Positions 7,601 through 15,324 of a stretch of 41,880 bases of DNA are shown here, piece by piece. The notes below the pieces were generated by a model. That model saw only the letters and a program-made list of their open reading frames with translations, was not told the origin of the DNA and searched no databases. Both the position numbers and the translations under genes were made by a program. This DNA comes from Candidatus Micrarchaeota archaeon (lineage in GTDB: Archaea > Micrarchaeota > Micrarchaeia > Anstonellales > Bilamarchaeaceae). Location of the stretch: NCBI GenBank assembly GCA_040758235.1, contig JBFLVW010000077.1:1-41880 (forward strand), read 5' to 3'. Positions within the stretch are counted from its first letter, which is position 1; every line of letters begins with the position of its first letter.

Positions 7601-7621
7601 GTTGCCGCGCCAACTGCTTTC

Positions 7622-8929
7622 ATGTTCGGCACCTCCGGCATCAGGGGCATCTATGGGAAGGACATAACCGAGGCCCTCGCATGCCGCATCGCTTCCATCT
7701 TCGCGGAGGGGGAGCTGGTGCTCGGCAGGGACATCAGGGAGAGCGGGCCGATGCTCGTTAGCGCATGCGCCCGGGGCGCCTCGGCCGCGGGAAGCGCGAC
7801 GATAGACCTGGGGGTGCTTCCCACCCCGACGGTCGCGCTCGCCACAAAAAAGCGCGGATGCCGCGGCATCATGGTAACTGCATCCCACAACCCCCCGGAA
7901 TACAACGGGCTGAAGCTCATCGAGGCGGGAAAGGAGATAGGCAAGCCGCTCGAGCGCGAGATAACTGAAAAGTATCGAGCCGGAGGGGGGAGCGGGTACG
8001 GAGCCGCCGCGGCTGAAGCCGCCCGATATCACGACCGCTCGATTATCGATGACCACAAGTCCCTTGTTTGTTCGCTCGTGGACGGCGCGGCCATTTCCAA
8101 AAAAAAGCCGAAGGTCATAGTGGACTGCAACGGCGCGGGCTCGGCAATCACCCCTTCCCTCTTGGCGGACCTGGGGTGCAGGGTCATAAGCCTGAACGCC
8201 TCGCTTTCCTGCTTCAACAGGCCTTCCGAGCCGCGCCCGGAGAGCGTCCCGTACATGCCGGCGCTCGTGCGGGATGCCGGAGCGGATTTGGCAATCCTGC
8301 ATGACGGCGACGGCGACCGGTGCGTAGTGCTCGACGAGCGGGGGGAGATGGTTCCCCAGGACGCCCAGCTCGCCGCCATGGCGTCGCACGAGCTTGTTTT
8401 GGGAAGGGGAAAGGTCGTTTCTACGGTAGAGGCCTCGCTCACAGTGCGGGAGGCGGTAGAGGATGCCGGGGGGGAGATGGACATCACTCCGGTCGGCAGC
8501 ACCTTCGTCGGGGACAGGCTGGAGGAGGCCGGAGCGGTTTTCGGGGGCGAGCCTGCGGGCGAGTATATCTATTCGAAAGGGGTGCACGTCCCGGACGGGG
8601 TCCTCGCGGCCGCGAAGTTCGCGGAGATTTTCTGCTCTCGGGGAAGACTCTCCGCCATAAGGGAAAGATACCCCCAGCACCCCATGGCGAGGGAGAAGTT
8701 CCGGGCCCGGGACAAGGCGGCAGCGATGGAGAGGATAACGAGAGAGGTAGCGATAGAGGGGACTGTCAGGGCCGATGACGGAATCAGGGTGGACGAGGAG
8801 GACGGGTGGTTCCTCATCAGGGCGTCCGGCACGGAGCCGGTAGTCAGGCTCACGATGGAATACAAGGACGCGAAGAAGCTCGAGCGCAGGAAGAGCGAGC
8901 TTTCAGCGCTCATTTCCAGGCTCCTCTAG
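7622..8929 (+). CDS. Phosphohexomutase (archaeal phosphoglucosamine mutase / phosphomannomutase type)
   Basis: MFGTSGIRG start, phosphoserine loop TASHNPPEYNG, Mg loop HDGDGDR, sugar loop GGEPAGEY; 435 aa. Sugar specificity is not assignable by eye. Confidence 0.88.
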   Translation: MFGTSGIRGIYGKDITEALACRIASIFAEGELVLGRDIRESGPMLVSACARGASAAGSATIDLGVLPTPTVALATKKRGCRGIMVTASHNPPEYNGLKLIEAGKEIGKPLEREITEKYRAGGGSGYGAAAAEAARYHDRSIIDDHKSLVCSLVDGAAISKKKPKVIVDCNGAGSAITPSLLADLGCRVISLNASLSCFNRPSEPRPESVPYMPALVRDAGADLAILHDGDGDRCVVLDERGEMVPQDAQLAAMASHELVLGRGKVVSTVEASLTVREAVEDAGGEMDITPVGSTFVGDRLEEAGAVFGGEPAGEYIYSKGVHVPDGVLAAAKFAEIFCSRGRLSAIRERYPQHPMAREKFRARDKAAAMERITREVAIEGTVRADDGIRVDEEDGWFLIRASGTEPVVRLTMEYKDAKKLERRKSELSALISRLL

Positions 8930-9246
8930 CGCTCGATTTTCTCGACCGAGATTTCGAGGCCGATTCCCCGTTTTTTCGCGAAAGCGTGCATCGCATCGAC
9001 TGATTTTTTGGCGTATTCACCGCTCGTGCGGACGTCCATCTCGACGAAAGGCTCCCTGGCCCACATGGAAGGGGTGCTCTTCCGGAATACCACTTTCGTC
9101 CCGTTCCGGAGCGCGATTTCCCGCGAGCCCTCCGGCAGGAGGGCGTCCGACACCCCCTTCCTGCGGAAATGCCTGTTGAGCCTGCAGAGCATGGGTTCCT
9201 TCGCGTAAGGCCTGCCGAAAAGCCGTATCCTGAATCGCTCTTCCAT
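8926..9246 (-). CDS. Hypothetical protein, 106 aa
   Basis: Protein-like C-terminal part of the 197-aa ORF (MEERFRIRLFGRPYAKE...ISVEKIER); ATG 9246 sits 27.5 nt from an AATTAAAA box. The upstream part of the ORF is Arg/Pro-rich junk. Confidence 0.55.
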   Translation of the reverse strand: MEERFRIRLFGRPYAKEPMLCRLNRHFRRKGVSDALLPEGSREIALRNGTKVVFRKSTPSMWAREPFVEMDVRTSGEYAKKSVDAMHAFAKKRGIGLEISVEKIER

Positions 9247-9269
9247 GCCCCACCATCTTGGGCGGCGGG

Positions 9270-9277
9270 AATTAAAA
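9270..9277 (-). promoter_or_regulatory. TATA-like box for the 106-aa gene
   Basis: TTTTAATT on the minus strand; centre 27.5 nt from ATG 9246. Confidence 0.45.
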
Positions 9278-9283
9278 CATGGA

Positions 9284-9850
9284 CTACCGGAGGTGGAGAA
9301 TGATGGAGGCGAGGCCGTAGGGCATCGAGGGCGGCACGCCGGGCCCTCCTGCGCCGGTCTGCCTGGGAGCTGAATGGGCGGCGGAGAGTGGAAGCGTGAG
9401 CGCAAGCTCTTCCCTCGCAAGCTCCAGGCCTGATGAGGCGAGATATCCGACGGCAAGCGAGCGCGGCCCGCCGGGCGGGGCGAACGCCACGACGTCGCCG
9501 AGGATGTCCACGCTGACAAGCACTTCCATCGGCCGCCTGCTTCTCAGCATGGCGCCGAGCGTTTCCACGCCGCACTCCCTGCCCGAGAACGCAAGCAGCG
9601 ACGCGGCCCCCGCCATCTCGTCGTAATGCTCCGAGCCCCGTATCTCCCGGACGAGATACGGGATGTAGAAGTCCGTCACCATATCTGCAAGCAGCTCGAG
9701 CGCCCTGCCCATCGGGCTGAAGGGGAGCCCGTCCCCGCAGAGAACGTCGTGCATGGGCTTGGGGCCGAGCGCGCATCTCATGCGCTCCAGGGCTTCGGTG
9801 CGCCTCTTGTTGCCGAAGCACGGGGAACGGTAGGGGTGGCCTGCAAACAT
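9284..9850 (-). CDS. Hypothetical protein, 188 aa
   Basis: Balanced composition compared with the overlapping Arg-rich 319-aa frame; ATG 9850 is 26.5 nt from a TTTAAA box. I recognise no family. Confidence 0.55.
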   Translation of the reverse strand: MFAGHPYRSPCFGNKRRTEALERMRCALGPKPMHDVLCGDGLPFSPMGRALELLADMVTDFYIPYLVREIRGSEHYDEMAGAASLLAFSGRECGVETLGAMLRSRRPMEVLVSVDILGDVVAFAPPGGPRSLAVGYLASSGLELAREELALTLPLSAAHSAPRQTGAGGPGVPPSMPYGLASIILHLR

Positions 9851-9873
9851 GTGTTAATATTGGTAACAAAATG

Positions 9874-9879
9874 TTTAAA
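9874..9879 (-). promoter_or_regulatory. TATA-like box for the 188-aa gene
   Basis: TTTAAA; centre 26.5 nt from ATG 9850; directly abuts the stop of the ACT gene (9882). Confidence 0.45.
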
Positions 9880-9881
9880 TT

Positions 9882-10310
9882 TCATTCCAGGCCGCCGGAT
9901 GCGAGGCGCCCCAGGACGGCGAGCGCCCGCTCTGATTTTCCGGATGGCACGAGAAGGTGGTCGTGGAAGTAGGCGGAAACGGCATTCACGGGGATTTTCT
10001 CCTCCGCGAGCGCTGCCGTGAGCTTTGCCAGAAAACCGACGGCCATGAGGTCCGAATTTATGGTCAGGGTGATGAGGGAGAAGGGGCCGGAGGGGGAGGC
10101 TTCTGACAGTTCTTTCATGTCATCGAGTATTTCTTCAGAAAAAATGACGGTGAGGCCTTCCTCTTCCCTGAAAATGCCCAAAATGCCATCGAGGTGATTG
10201 GCAAGCTCCATGAGCCGTGATTCTTCCACCGGGGCGAAATAGTAGTGTCCGTCCTTCAGGGAGGGTTTCATGCCGCGGATGAGCGTTTCGAGGTCGGATT
10301 CAGGGACCAT
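9882..10310 (-). CDS. ACT-domain protein (ACT_7 / DUF2241-like)
   Basis: GHYYFAPV, LTVIFSEE, ITLTINSDLMAVGFLAKLTAALAEEKIPVNAVSAYFHDHLLVP; 142 aa; 15 nt downstream of the translin stop with a GGTG SD-like element. Confidence 0.7.
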   Translation of the reverse strand: MVPESDLETLIRGMKPSLKDGHYYFAPVEESRLMELANHLDGILGIFREEEGLTVIFSEEILDDMKELSEASPSGPFSLITLTINSDLMAVGFLAKLTAALAEEKIPVNAVSAYFHDHLLVPSGKSERALAVLGRLASGGLE

Positions 10311-10325
10311 GGCCGCACACCAAAA

Positions 10326-10877
10326 TCATAACAGCTCGCCGCGCGCCTGCTCTATCTGGTGCCGCGCCGCGTCCTGCTTTTTCCTGAACTCCGGGAGCAC
10401 CGCGTTCGAGAACCGCAGGGGCAGCAGTTCATCGTAAATCTCCTCCATCATCTTGAAGTAGAATCCCGCGTCGTCCTTCCTGCTCCTCCTCAGGGACTCG
10501 TACATCTCCCGCTTCAGCTCTCCGACCGCATCCAGCAGGCCGAGAAGATAGGGAATCTCAGGCACCTTGAGCTGGGCGTATCCCGGTATCTTCTTCGACT
10601 CTATCGCCGAGAGGACGATGCGCGCCTCGGCGTATTCCTGGTAGACGTGGTTGAGCTGGGAGGGAAACAGCCCTGAAAACGGGGCGAGCTCCCTGAGCGT
10701 CTTTTCTGCTTCATCAAGGTGGCCTTTCGCTGCTTCGAGCTCGTATGCGTGCATGCATTTTATCGCGTTCGAGCAGGAGCGAACTACTTTGCGGGATTCG
10801 GACAGGACGAAGTCGAGGTCCTTTTCCTTCTTCGAGAGCTTCTGGACAAGCTTGTCGATGCCGATGTTCAGTGCCAT
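10326..10877 (-). CDS. Translin-family nucleic-acid-binding protein
   Basis: All-helical 183 aa with YQEYAEA and PYLLGLLDAVGELKRE blocks characteristic of translin/TRAX. Confidence 0.7.
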   Translation of the reverse strand: MALNIGIDKLVQKLSKKEKDLDFVLSESRKVVRSCSNAIKCMHAYELEAAKGHLDEAEKTLRELAPFSGLFPSQLNHVYQEYAEARIVLSAIESKKIPGYAQLKVPEIPYLLGLLDAVGELKREMYESLRRSRKDDAGFYFKMMEEIYDELLPLRFSNAVLPEFRKKQDAARHQIEQARGELL

Positions 10878-10898
10878 GCCATCTCATCGCCAAAGAGC

Positions 10899-10907
10899 AT
10901 TAAAAAC
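10899..10907. promoter_or_regulatory. Shared TATA box for divergent translin and stomatin genes
   Basis: ATTAAAAAC; centre 26 nt from ATG 10877 (minus) and 24 nt from ATG 10927 (plus). Confidence 0.5.
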
Positions 10908-10926
10908 AGGCATGAGAAATACGCGC

Positions 10927-11703
10927 ATGGCGGTTGAGGATATTCTGGGAGTGTGCCTGCTCCCGCTGATTATCATAGGGGCGTTCTGGGTTCTGGGCTC
11001 CATAAAGGTCCTGTACCAGTACCAGAAGGGAATACTCTTCCAGCTTGGAAGGTACGGCCGGACCGTCGACCCCGGCGTGACCGTGGTCCTTCCCTTCATA
11101 CAGGAGCTTCGCGTCGTGGACATGAGGATAACGACTGCGGACGTCCCGAAGCAGGAAGTGATAACGAAGGACAATATCCCGGTGCTCGTCAACACTGTGG
11201 TATATTACAAGGTCGAGAAGCCCGAGGCCGCGGTCCTCAAGATTCAGAACTTCGATTTCGCGGTCAGGCAGTACACGCAGGCCGCCCTCAGGGACGTCGT
11301 CGGCAACAACGAGCTGGATTTCGTGCTGACCGAGAGGGAGAAGGTCGCGCAGTCCATTAAGCAGATAGTGGACGCCGAGACCTCCGAGTGGGGCGTTGAC
11401 ATCATCTCCATCAAGATACAGGAGATAGAGCTCCCCGCCGAGATGAAGCGCGCGATGGCCAAGCAGGCGGAAGCAGAGAGGGAGCGGAGGGCCGTCGTCA
11501 TCGCTTCCGAAGGAGAGCTTCAGGCTTCGGAGAACCTCAAGAAGGCGGCGGAAAATCTCTCCAAATCATCGGCCGCGCTCCACCTGCGCACCCTCCAGAC
11601 TATAAGGGACATAGCGGCTGACCCGTCGGAAAAGATAGTCCTCTTCGTCCCGAGCGACATCGGCGGGACCATCCAGAACCTGCTGGGGAGAAAGAAGGAT
11701 TAG
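10927..11703 (+). CDS. SPFH / band-7 (stomatin-prohibitin) family membrane protein
   Basis: N-terminal TM, then KVLYQYQKGILFQLGRY..VVLPFIQELRVVDMRITT..ITKDNIPVLVNTVVYYKV and a C-terminal AEAERERRA coiled region. Start ATG 10927 chosen by TATA spacing (alternative 10912); the ORF-track start 10651 overlaps translin. Confidence 0.85.
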   Translation: MAVEDILGVCLLPLIIIGAFWVLGSIKVLYQYQKGILFQLGRYGRTVDPGVTVVLPFIQELRVVDMRITTADVPKQEVITKDNIPVLVNTVVYYKVEKPEAAVLKIQNFDFAVRQYTQAALRDVVGNNELDFVLTEREKVAQSIKQIVDAETSEWGVDIISIKIQEIELPAEMKRAMAKQAEAERERRAVVIASEGELQASENLKKAAENLSKSSAALHLRTLQTIRDIAADPSEKIVLFVPSDIGGTIQNLLGRKKD

Positions 11704-11704
11704 C

Positions 11705-12370
11705 ATGCTGGAAGGTAAGGTCAAGTACCTGCAGCTCGCGTTCAACCACGATTCGGCGACTGTTGCGAGGCTTCTTCCCCGCATCCCCCGCGACCAGCGA
11801 ATAATAATCGAAGCCGGGACGCCTTACATCAAAAGGGAGGGGAGGAACGCGATAAGGATGATACGCGCATCGTGGCCCGGATATGTCCTTGCTGACATAA
11901 AGACGATGGACGGGGCCGAAGGGGAGGCCGCTGACGCGGCCGCCGCGGGGGCGAACGGGGCGACCGTGCTCGGGGCAGCCCCGAAGGAGACTCTCGACCT
12001 TTTCATCGAATCGTGCGGGGATGCCGGCATCGACGCTTTCGTGGACATGATAGGCGTGGAGGATCCCCTGCGCGTGCTGATGAAGCTGAAGAAGCCCCCG
12101 CGCGTCGTGGTCCTGCACCGCGGGAGGGACGAGGAGAGCACCCGCTCGAAGGTCCTCAAATACGTCCACATAAAGAGGGTGCGGAGCAAGTTCGACGTGC
12201 TGATTTCAGCCGCAGGCGGCATAGACCTCCGCGAGGCCCAGAGCGCGTCCTTCAACGGGGCGAACATAATAACCGTGAACATCGTCCGGCCGGACGAGGA
12301 CTGGACAGGCATAAACACCGACGATGCAATCGAGGCGCTCGCGGTCGAGTTCCTGCGGGGCATCGAGTGA
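11705..12370 (+). CDS. 3-hexulose-6-phosphate synthase-like protein (OMP-decarboxylase/HUMPS fold)
   Basis: LQLAFN, IIEAGTPYIKREG, ADIKTMDGAEGEA, GANGATVLG, AAGGID blocks parallel HPS/KGPDC family motifs; starts 1 nt after the stomatin stop. Confidence 0.7.
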   Translation: MLEGKVKYLQLAFNHDSATVARLLPRIPRDQRIIIEAGTPYIKREGRNAIRMIRASWPGYVLADIKTMDGAEGEAADAAAAGANGATVLGAAPKETLDLFIESCGDAGIDAFVDMIGVEDPLRVLMKLKKPPRVVVLHRGRDEESTRSKVLKYVHIKRVRSKFDVLISAAGGIDLREAQSASFNGANIITVNIVRPDEDWTGINTDDAIEALAVEFLRGIE

Positions 12371-12371
12371 C

Positions 12372-13094
12372 ATGGAAGGATGGCTTTTCACTGCCGGCCT
12401 CATCGGGGCGGCAGGGAGTTTTGTTGCGACAATCGTCCTCTCGCTCGCCGTGCGCGCGGTGGGGGAGAGGGCTGAGAGGCTTGCAAAGCCAATCGCCTTA
12501 TTCCTGTTCCTTGTTTTGGGGTTTTCCATAGTGCCGGTTTTCGTGGGTCTGTTCGTGGCCGGGGCCGGGCATGTTATCCCGGTACCGCTGGATTGGCTGG
12601 AGAAAAACGACACGCTTATCGTGCTCGTTTTCTGGGCGGTGTTCCTGTTGGGGCTTATCGTCGCATACCCGGCTATGGTGAAGGACGGATTTTTCGGCCC
12701 GGAACGGGAGGCCGGGGGCGGAAGGCCGAAGGGGCCGACGTGGCCCCCGCTGGATTATCAGATAAAGCACGCTTCGGCAATCATGCTCGCGAAAACCATG
12801 GACGATGGCGCCTATGAGGTGCTGGGCTTGTGGAAAGCGCCGGCGGAGTTCCTGTTCCAGGAGGGCTCGGCGGCGCTCATCGAAACGAAATCCTTCAGGC
12901 TCCTCGGCTACGAGCCGAAAACGGGGCAGGAGGTAGTGTTTTTCTTCATGAACAGACCTCCCTACAACGAGCCGATAGAGCTCCTTCCCGTTGAGGAAGG
13001 GAGGGTGGTGTTCGCGCCCGGGGACGCGACGGTCAGGGAGGAGATGGCGCCCGGGGAGCTCAAGGCGCGCGTGAGGCGCCTGATAAAGGGATAA
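12372..13094 (+). CDS. Membrane protein with C-terminal soluble domain, unknown function
   Basis: About four hydrophobic helices followed by a roughly 120-aa hydrophilic domain; ATG 12372 is 1 nt after the preceding stop, and the ORF-track start 12324 overlaps it. Confidence 0.6.
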   Translation: MEGWLFTAGLIGAAGSFVATIVLSLAVRAVGERAERLAKPIALFLFLVLGFSIVPVFVGLFVAGAGHVIPVPLDWLEKNDTLIVLVFWAVFLLGLIVAYPAMVKDGFFGPEREAGGGRPKGPTWPPLDYQIKHASAIMLAKTMDDGAYEVLGLWKAPAEFLFQEGSAALIETKSFRLLGYEPKTGQEVVFFFMNRPPYNEPIELLPVEEGRVVFAPGDATVREEMAPGELKARVRRLIKG

Positions 13095-13118
13095 AAAAGA
13101 AACAGGAGAAGGGTAGCC

Positions 13119-13805
13119 ATGCACGTGGTCCTTTCGGTAGGCGGAAGCTCGGTCATCCCGGACGGAAAGCCGGACATGGAATTTTTGAAATCCCTTGCGA
13201 AGATGATAAAGAACAGCGACAGCAGTTTCGGCATACTCACCGGGGGCGGGCCGATAGCGAGGCTGTACGCGAACGCCGCTCGCTCGCTCGGCGCGAGCGA
13301 ATACGAGGCAGACAGCATCGCCATCACTTCTACGAGGCAGAACGCCCAGCTCGTGATAGCCGCGCTTGCCGGTGCCGGGGTGGACGTCCACAGGAAGGCG
13401 CTCTCTGATTTCGACGAGGCGAAGATTCCGGCGCACGAGACCAAGGCGGTCGTGATGGGCGGGACTATTCCGGGAATCACAACCGACACCGATTCCGTGC
13501 TTCTTGCCGAGGCCATCGGGGCGAGGAGGCTCGTGAATATCAGCAACGTCGACGCCATTTACGATTCCGACCCCGGAAAGAACAAGGGGGCGAAGCGGTT
13601 CTCCAAAATGGCCTACGAGGAGCTGATTGCTCTTGCGAGCGCGAGCGACAAGCGGATGGCCGGGACGAATTTCGTCTTCGACCTCCTTGCTTGCAAGCTG
13701 ATTGCGCGCTCGAAAATCCAGACGCATTTCGTTTCTTCAAAAAGCCTTTCGGACGTCGAGAGCGCGATCGAAGGGAGAAAGCACGCCGGGACCGTAGTAG
13801 GCTAG
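13119..13805 (+). CDS. pyrH: Uridylate (UMP) kinase, archaeal type
   Basis: VVLSVGGS, ILTGGGPIARLY, VVMGGTIPGITTD, NVDAIYDSDP; 228 aa; AGGAGA 10 nt upstream of the ATG. Confidence 0.9.
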   Translation: MHVVLSVGGSSVIPDGKPDMEFLKSLAKMIKNSDSSFGILTGGGPIARLYANAARSLGASEYEADSIAITSTRQNAQLVIAALAGAGVDVHRKALSDFDEAKIPAHETKAVVMGGTIPGITTDTDSVLLAEAIGARRLVNISNVDAIYDSDPGKNKGAKRFSKMAYEELIALASASDKRMAGTNFVFDLLACKLIARSKIQTHFVSSKSLSDVESAIEGRKHAGTVVG

Positions 13806-13833
13806 CGCCCCGGAACAGGGGACTGGAAACGGG

Positions 13834-14493
13834 ATGCCGGCGGGGGTGGCAGGCATGGACAAGGAATCGATGGTAGAAAAGACGGCGGCATATGTCAAGG
13901 GGCGGCTCGAGGGGGATTCGTCCGGGCACGACTGGTGGCACGTTTTAAGGGTCACGAGGATTGCCACCCACATAGCGGACAGGGAGGGCGCGGACCAGTT
14001 CATCGTCCAGATGGCTGCCCTCCTGCATGATTTGGACGACTGGAAGGTCGCGGGCGAGGAGCGTGGGCCGCGCGAGGCGCGGGAATGGATGGAGAGCCTG
14101 GACCTGGAGCGCGGGGCCATCGAGAGGATATGTGGCATAATAGGGAACATATCCTTCAAGGGCGCGCGTGTCGAGACGAAAATGGAGTCGGTGGAGGGGA
14201 AGGTCGTCCAGGATGCCGACAGGCTGGATGCGATGGGCGCGATAGGAATCGGCAGGGCGTTCGCTTACGGCGGAAAAAAGGGGCGGGCCATGCATGACCC
14301 CGCGGAGAAGCCGGCCCTTCATGGCTCATTCGAAGAGTATCGTGCGGGGAAGGGCTCCACCATCAACCATTTCCACGAAAAACTGCTGTTGCTCAGGGAC
14401 AGGATGAACACCGAAACAGGAAAGGAAATGGCTAAGGAAAGGCATTCATTCCTGGAACTGTTCCTCTCGCGGTTCATGCAGGAATGGGATTAG
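13834..14493 (+). CDS. HD-domain metal-dependent phosphohydrolase
   Basis: HDWWHVLRV, LLHDLDD, QDADRLDAMGAIGIGRAFAYG; 219 aa. Confidence 0.85.
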   Translation: MPAGVAGMDKESMVEKTAAYVKGRLEGDSSGHDWWHVLRVTRIATHIADREGADQFIVQMAALLHDLDDWKVAGEERGPREAREWMESLDLERGAIERICGIIGNISFKGARVETKMESVEGKVVQDADRLDAMGAIGIGRAFAYGGKKGRAMHDPAEKPALHGSFEEYRAGKGSTINHFHEKLLLLRDRMNTETGKEMAKERHSFLELFLSRFMQEWD

Positions 14494-15203
14494 CCCTTGA
14501 GGTACTTGCTGACTTCCTTGTCCGGGAGCGACACGCACTTCTTGGATTTCACGGTGACGTAGGAGATTTCCACGTTTTCTGGAAGGAGCTTCTCCTCCTG
14601 GGTCTTCCTGAGCGAATCGACGCACAGCTTTATCGCGTCGTCCATGATGAGCTTCTCGTCGTATTTGGACTCCAGGTACTCGTCCACTTCCTTCTTGTTC
14701 GCGCCGATGGAGTCCGCCTTGTAGGCGGTCATCGCGCCCGAGGGCTCGGCCTCGAAGAGCTTGGGGCCCTGGCTGTCCACGCCTGCGATGAGGAGCGATA
14801 CGCCGAAGGGCCGGATTCCGCCGTACTGCGTGTACACCTGCATCAGGTCGCAGACCGAGCGGGCTATGGAATCCACCGATGGCGGCTCGCTGTAGGTTAT
14901 CCTGTGCCTCTGCGAGTCCACCCGGGCCACGTCGACGAGACGCCTCGCGTCAGCGATTAGCCCGCTCGCGGTCACGACGATGTGGTCGTCCGCCGTGAAC
15001 ACTTTTTTCAGGGATTCCGGAACGACCAGCTTCGAGTGGATAGACTTGAACGCGACGAGCGCGACGCCCTCCCTGCACGTGATGCCGACAGCGGTCGCGC
15101 CCCTTTTCACGGCCTCCTTCGCATACTCGACCTGGAACAGCCTGCCGTCTGGGCTGAACACGGTTATCGCTCTGTCATAAGCCTGGGGGGAAACTCCGTA
15201 CAT
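14490..15203 (-). CDS. psmA: Proteasome subunit alpha
   Basis: YDRAITVFSPDGRLFQVEYA signature at the N-terminus; 237 aa; GAGGTG SD 4 nt upstream of the ATG. Confidence 0.95.
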   Translation of the reverse strand: MYGVSPQAYDRAITVFSPDGRLFQVEYAKEAVKRGATAVGITCREGVALVAFKSIHSKLVVPESLKKVFTADDHIVVTASGLIADARRLVDVARVDSQRHRITYSEPPSVDSIARSVCDLMQVYTQYGGIRPFGVSLLIAGVDSQGPKLFEAEPSGAMTAYKADSIGANKKEVDEYLESKYDEKLIMDDAIKLCVDSLRKTQEEKLLPENVEISYVTVKSKKCVSLPDKEVSKYLKG

Positions 15204-15247
15204 GTTGCACCTCTGAAAAAGAATTTGATTAGATTAGAGTGGGGGTG

Positions 15248-15253
15248 TTTAAA
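15248..15253 (-). promoter_or_regulatory. TATA-like box for psmA (leadered transcript)
   Basis: TTTAAA about 47 nt upstream of ATG 15203; the predicted leader of about 20 nt contains GAGGTG. Confidence 0.4.
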
Positions 15254-15293
15254 TGCGTTGTCCTTGCCTTTTTGGGGGTTTTACGGGAAGGGC

Positions 15294-15304
15294 AATTATT
15301 AATT
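15294..15304 (+). promoter_or_regulatory. TATA-like box for HEAT-repeat gene
   Basis: AATTATTAATT; centre 26 nt from in-frame ATG 15325. Confidence 0.4.
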
Positions 15305-15324
15305 CCGCGATGAGTAGCTTGTCC

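Noticed and set aside
7571-8680. N-terminal 370-residue extension that turns purF into an 859-aa ORF
   Set aside because: It is antisense to the phosphohexomutase gene and has junk composition. PurF has a canonical propeptide-Cys start at ATG 7570 with a TATA box 24.5 nt upstream.
14488-14498. Identical 11-mer GATTAGCCCTT at two convergent stop-sharing junctions (14488-14498 and 30117-30127)
   Set aside because: Both arise from ...D-stop on the plus strand and ...K-G-stop on the minus strand. Flanks are unrelated, and an 11-nt match is expected by chance many times in 42 kb. I treat it as coincidence on top of the stop-sharing pattern.
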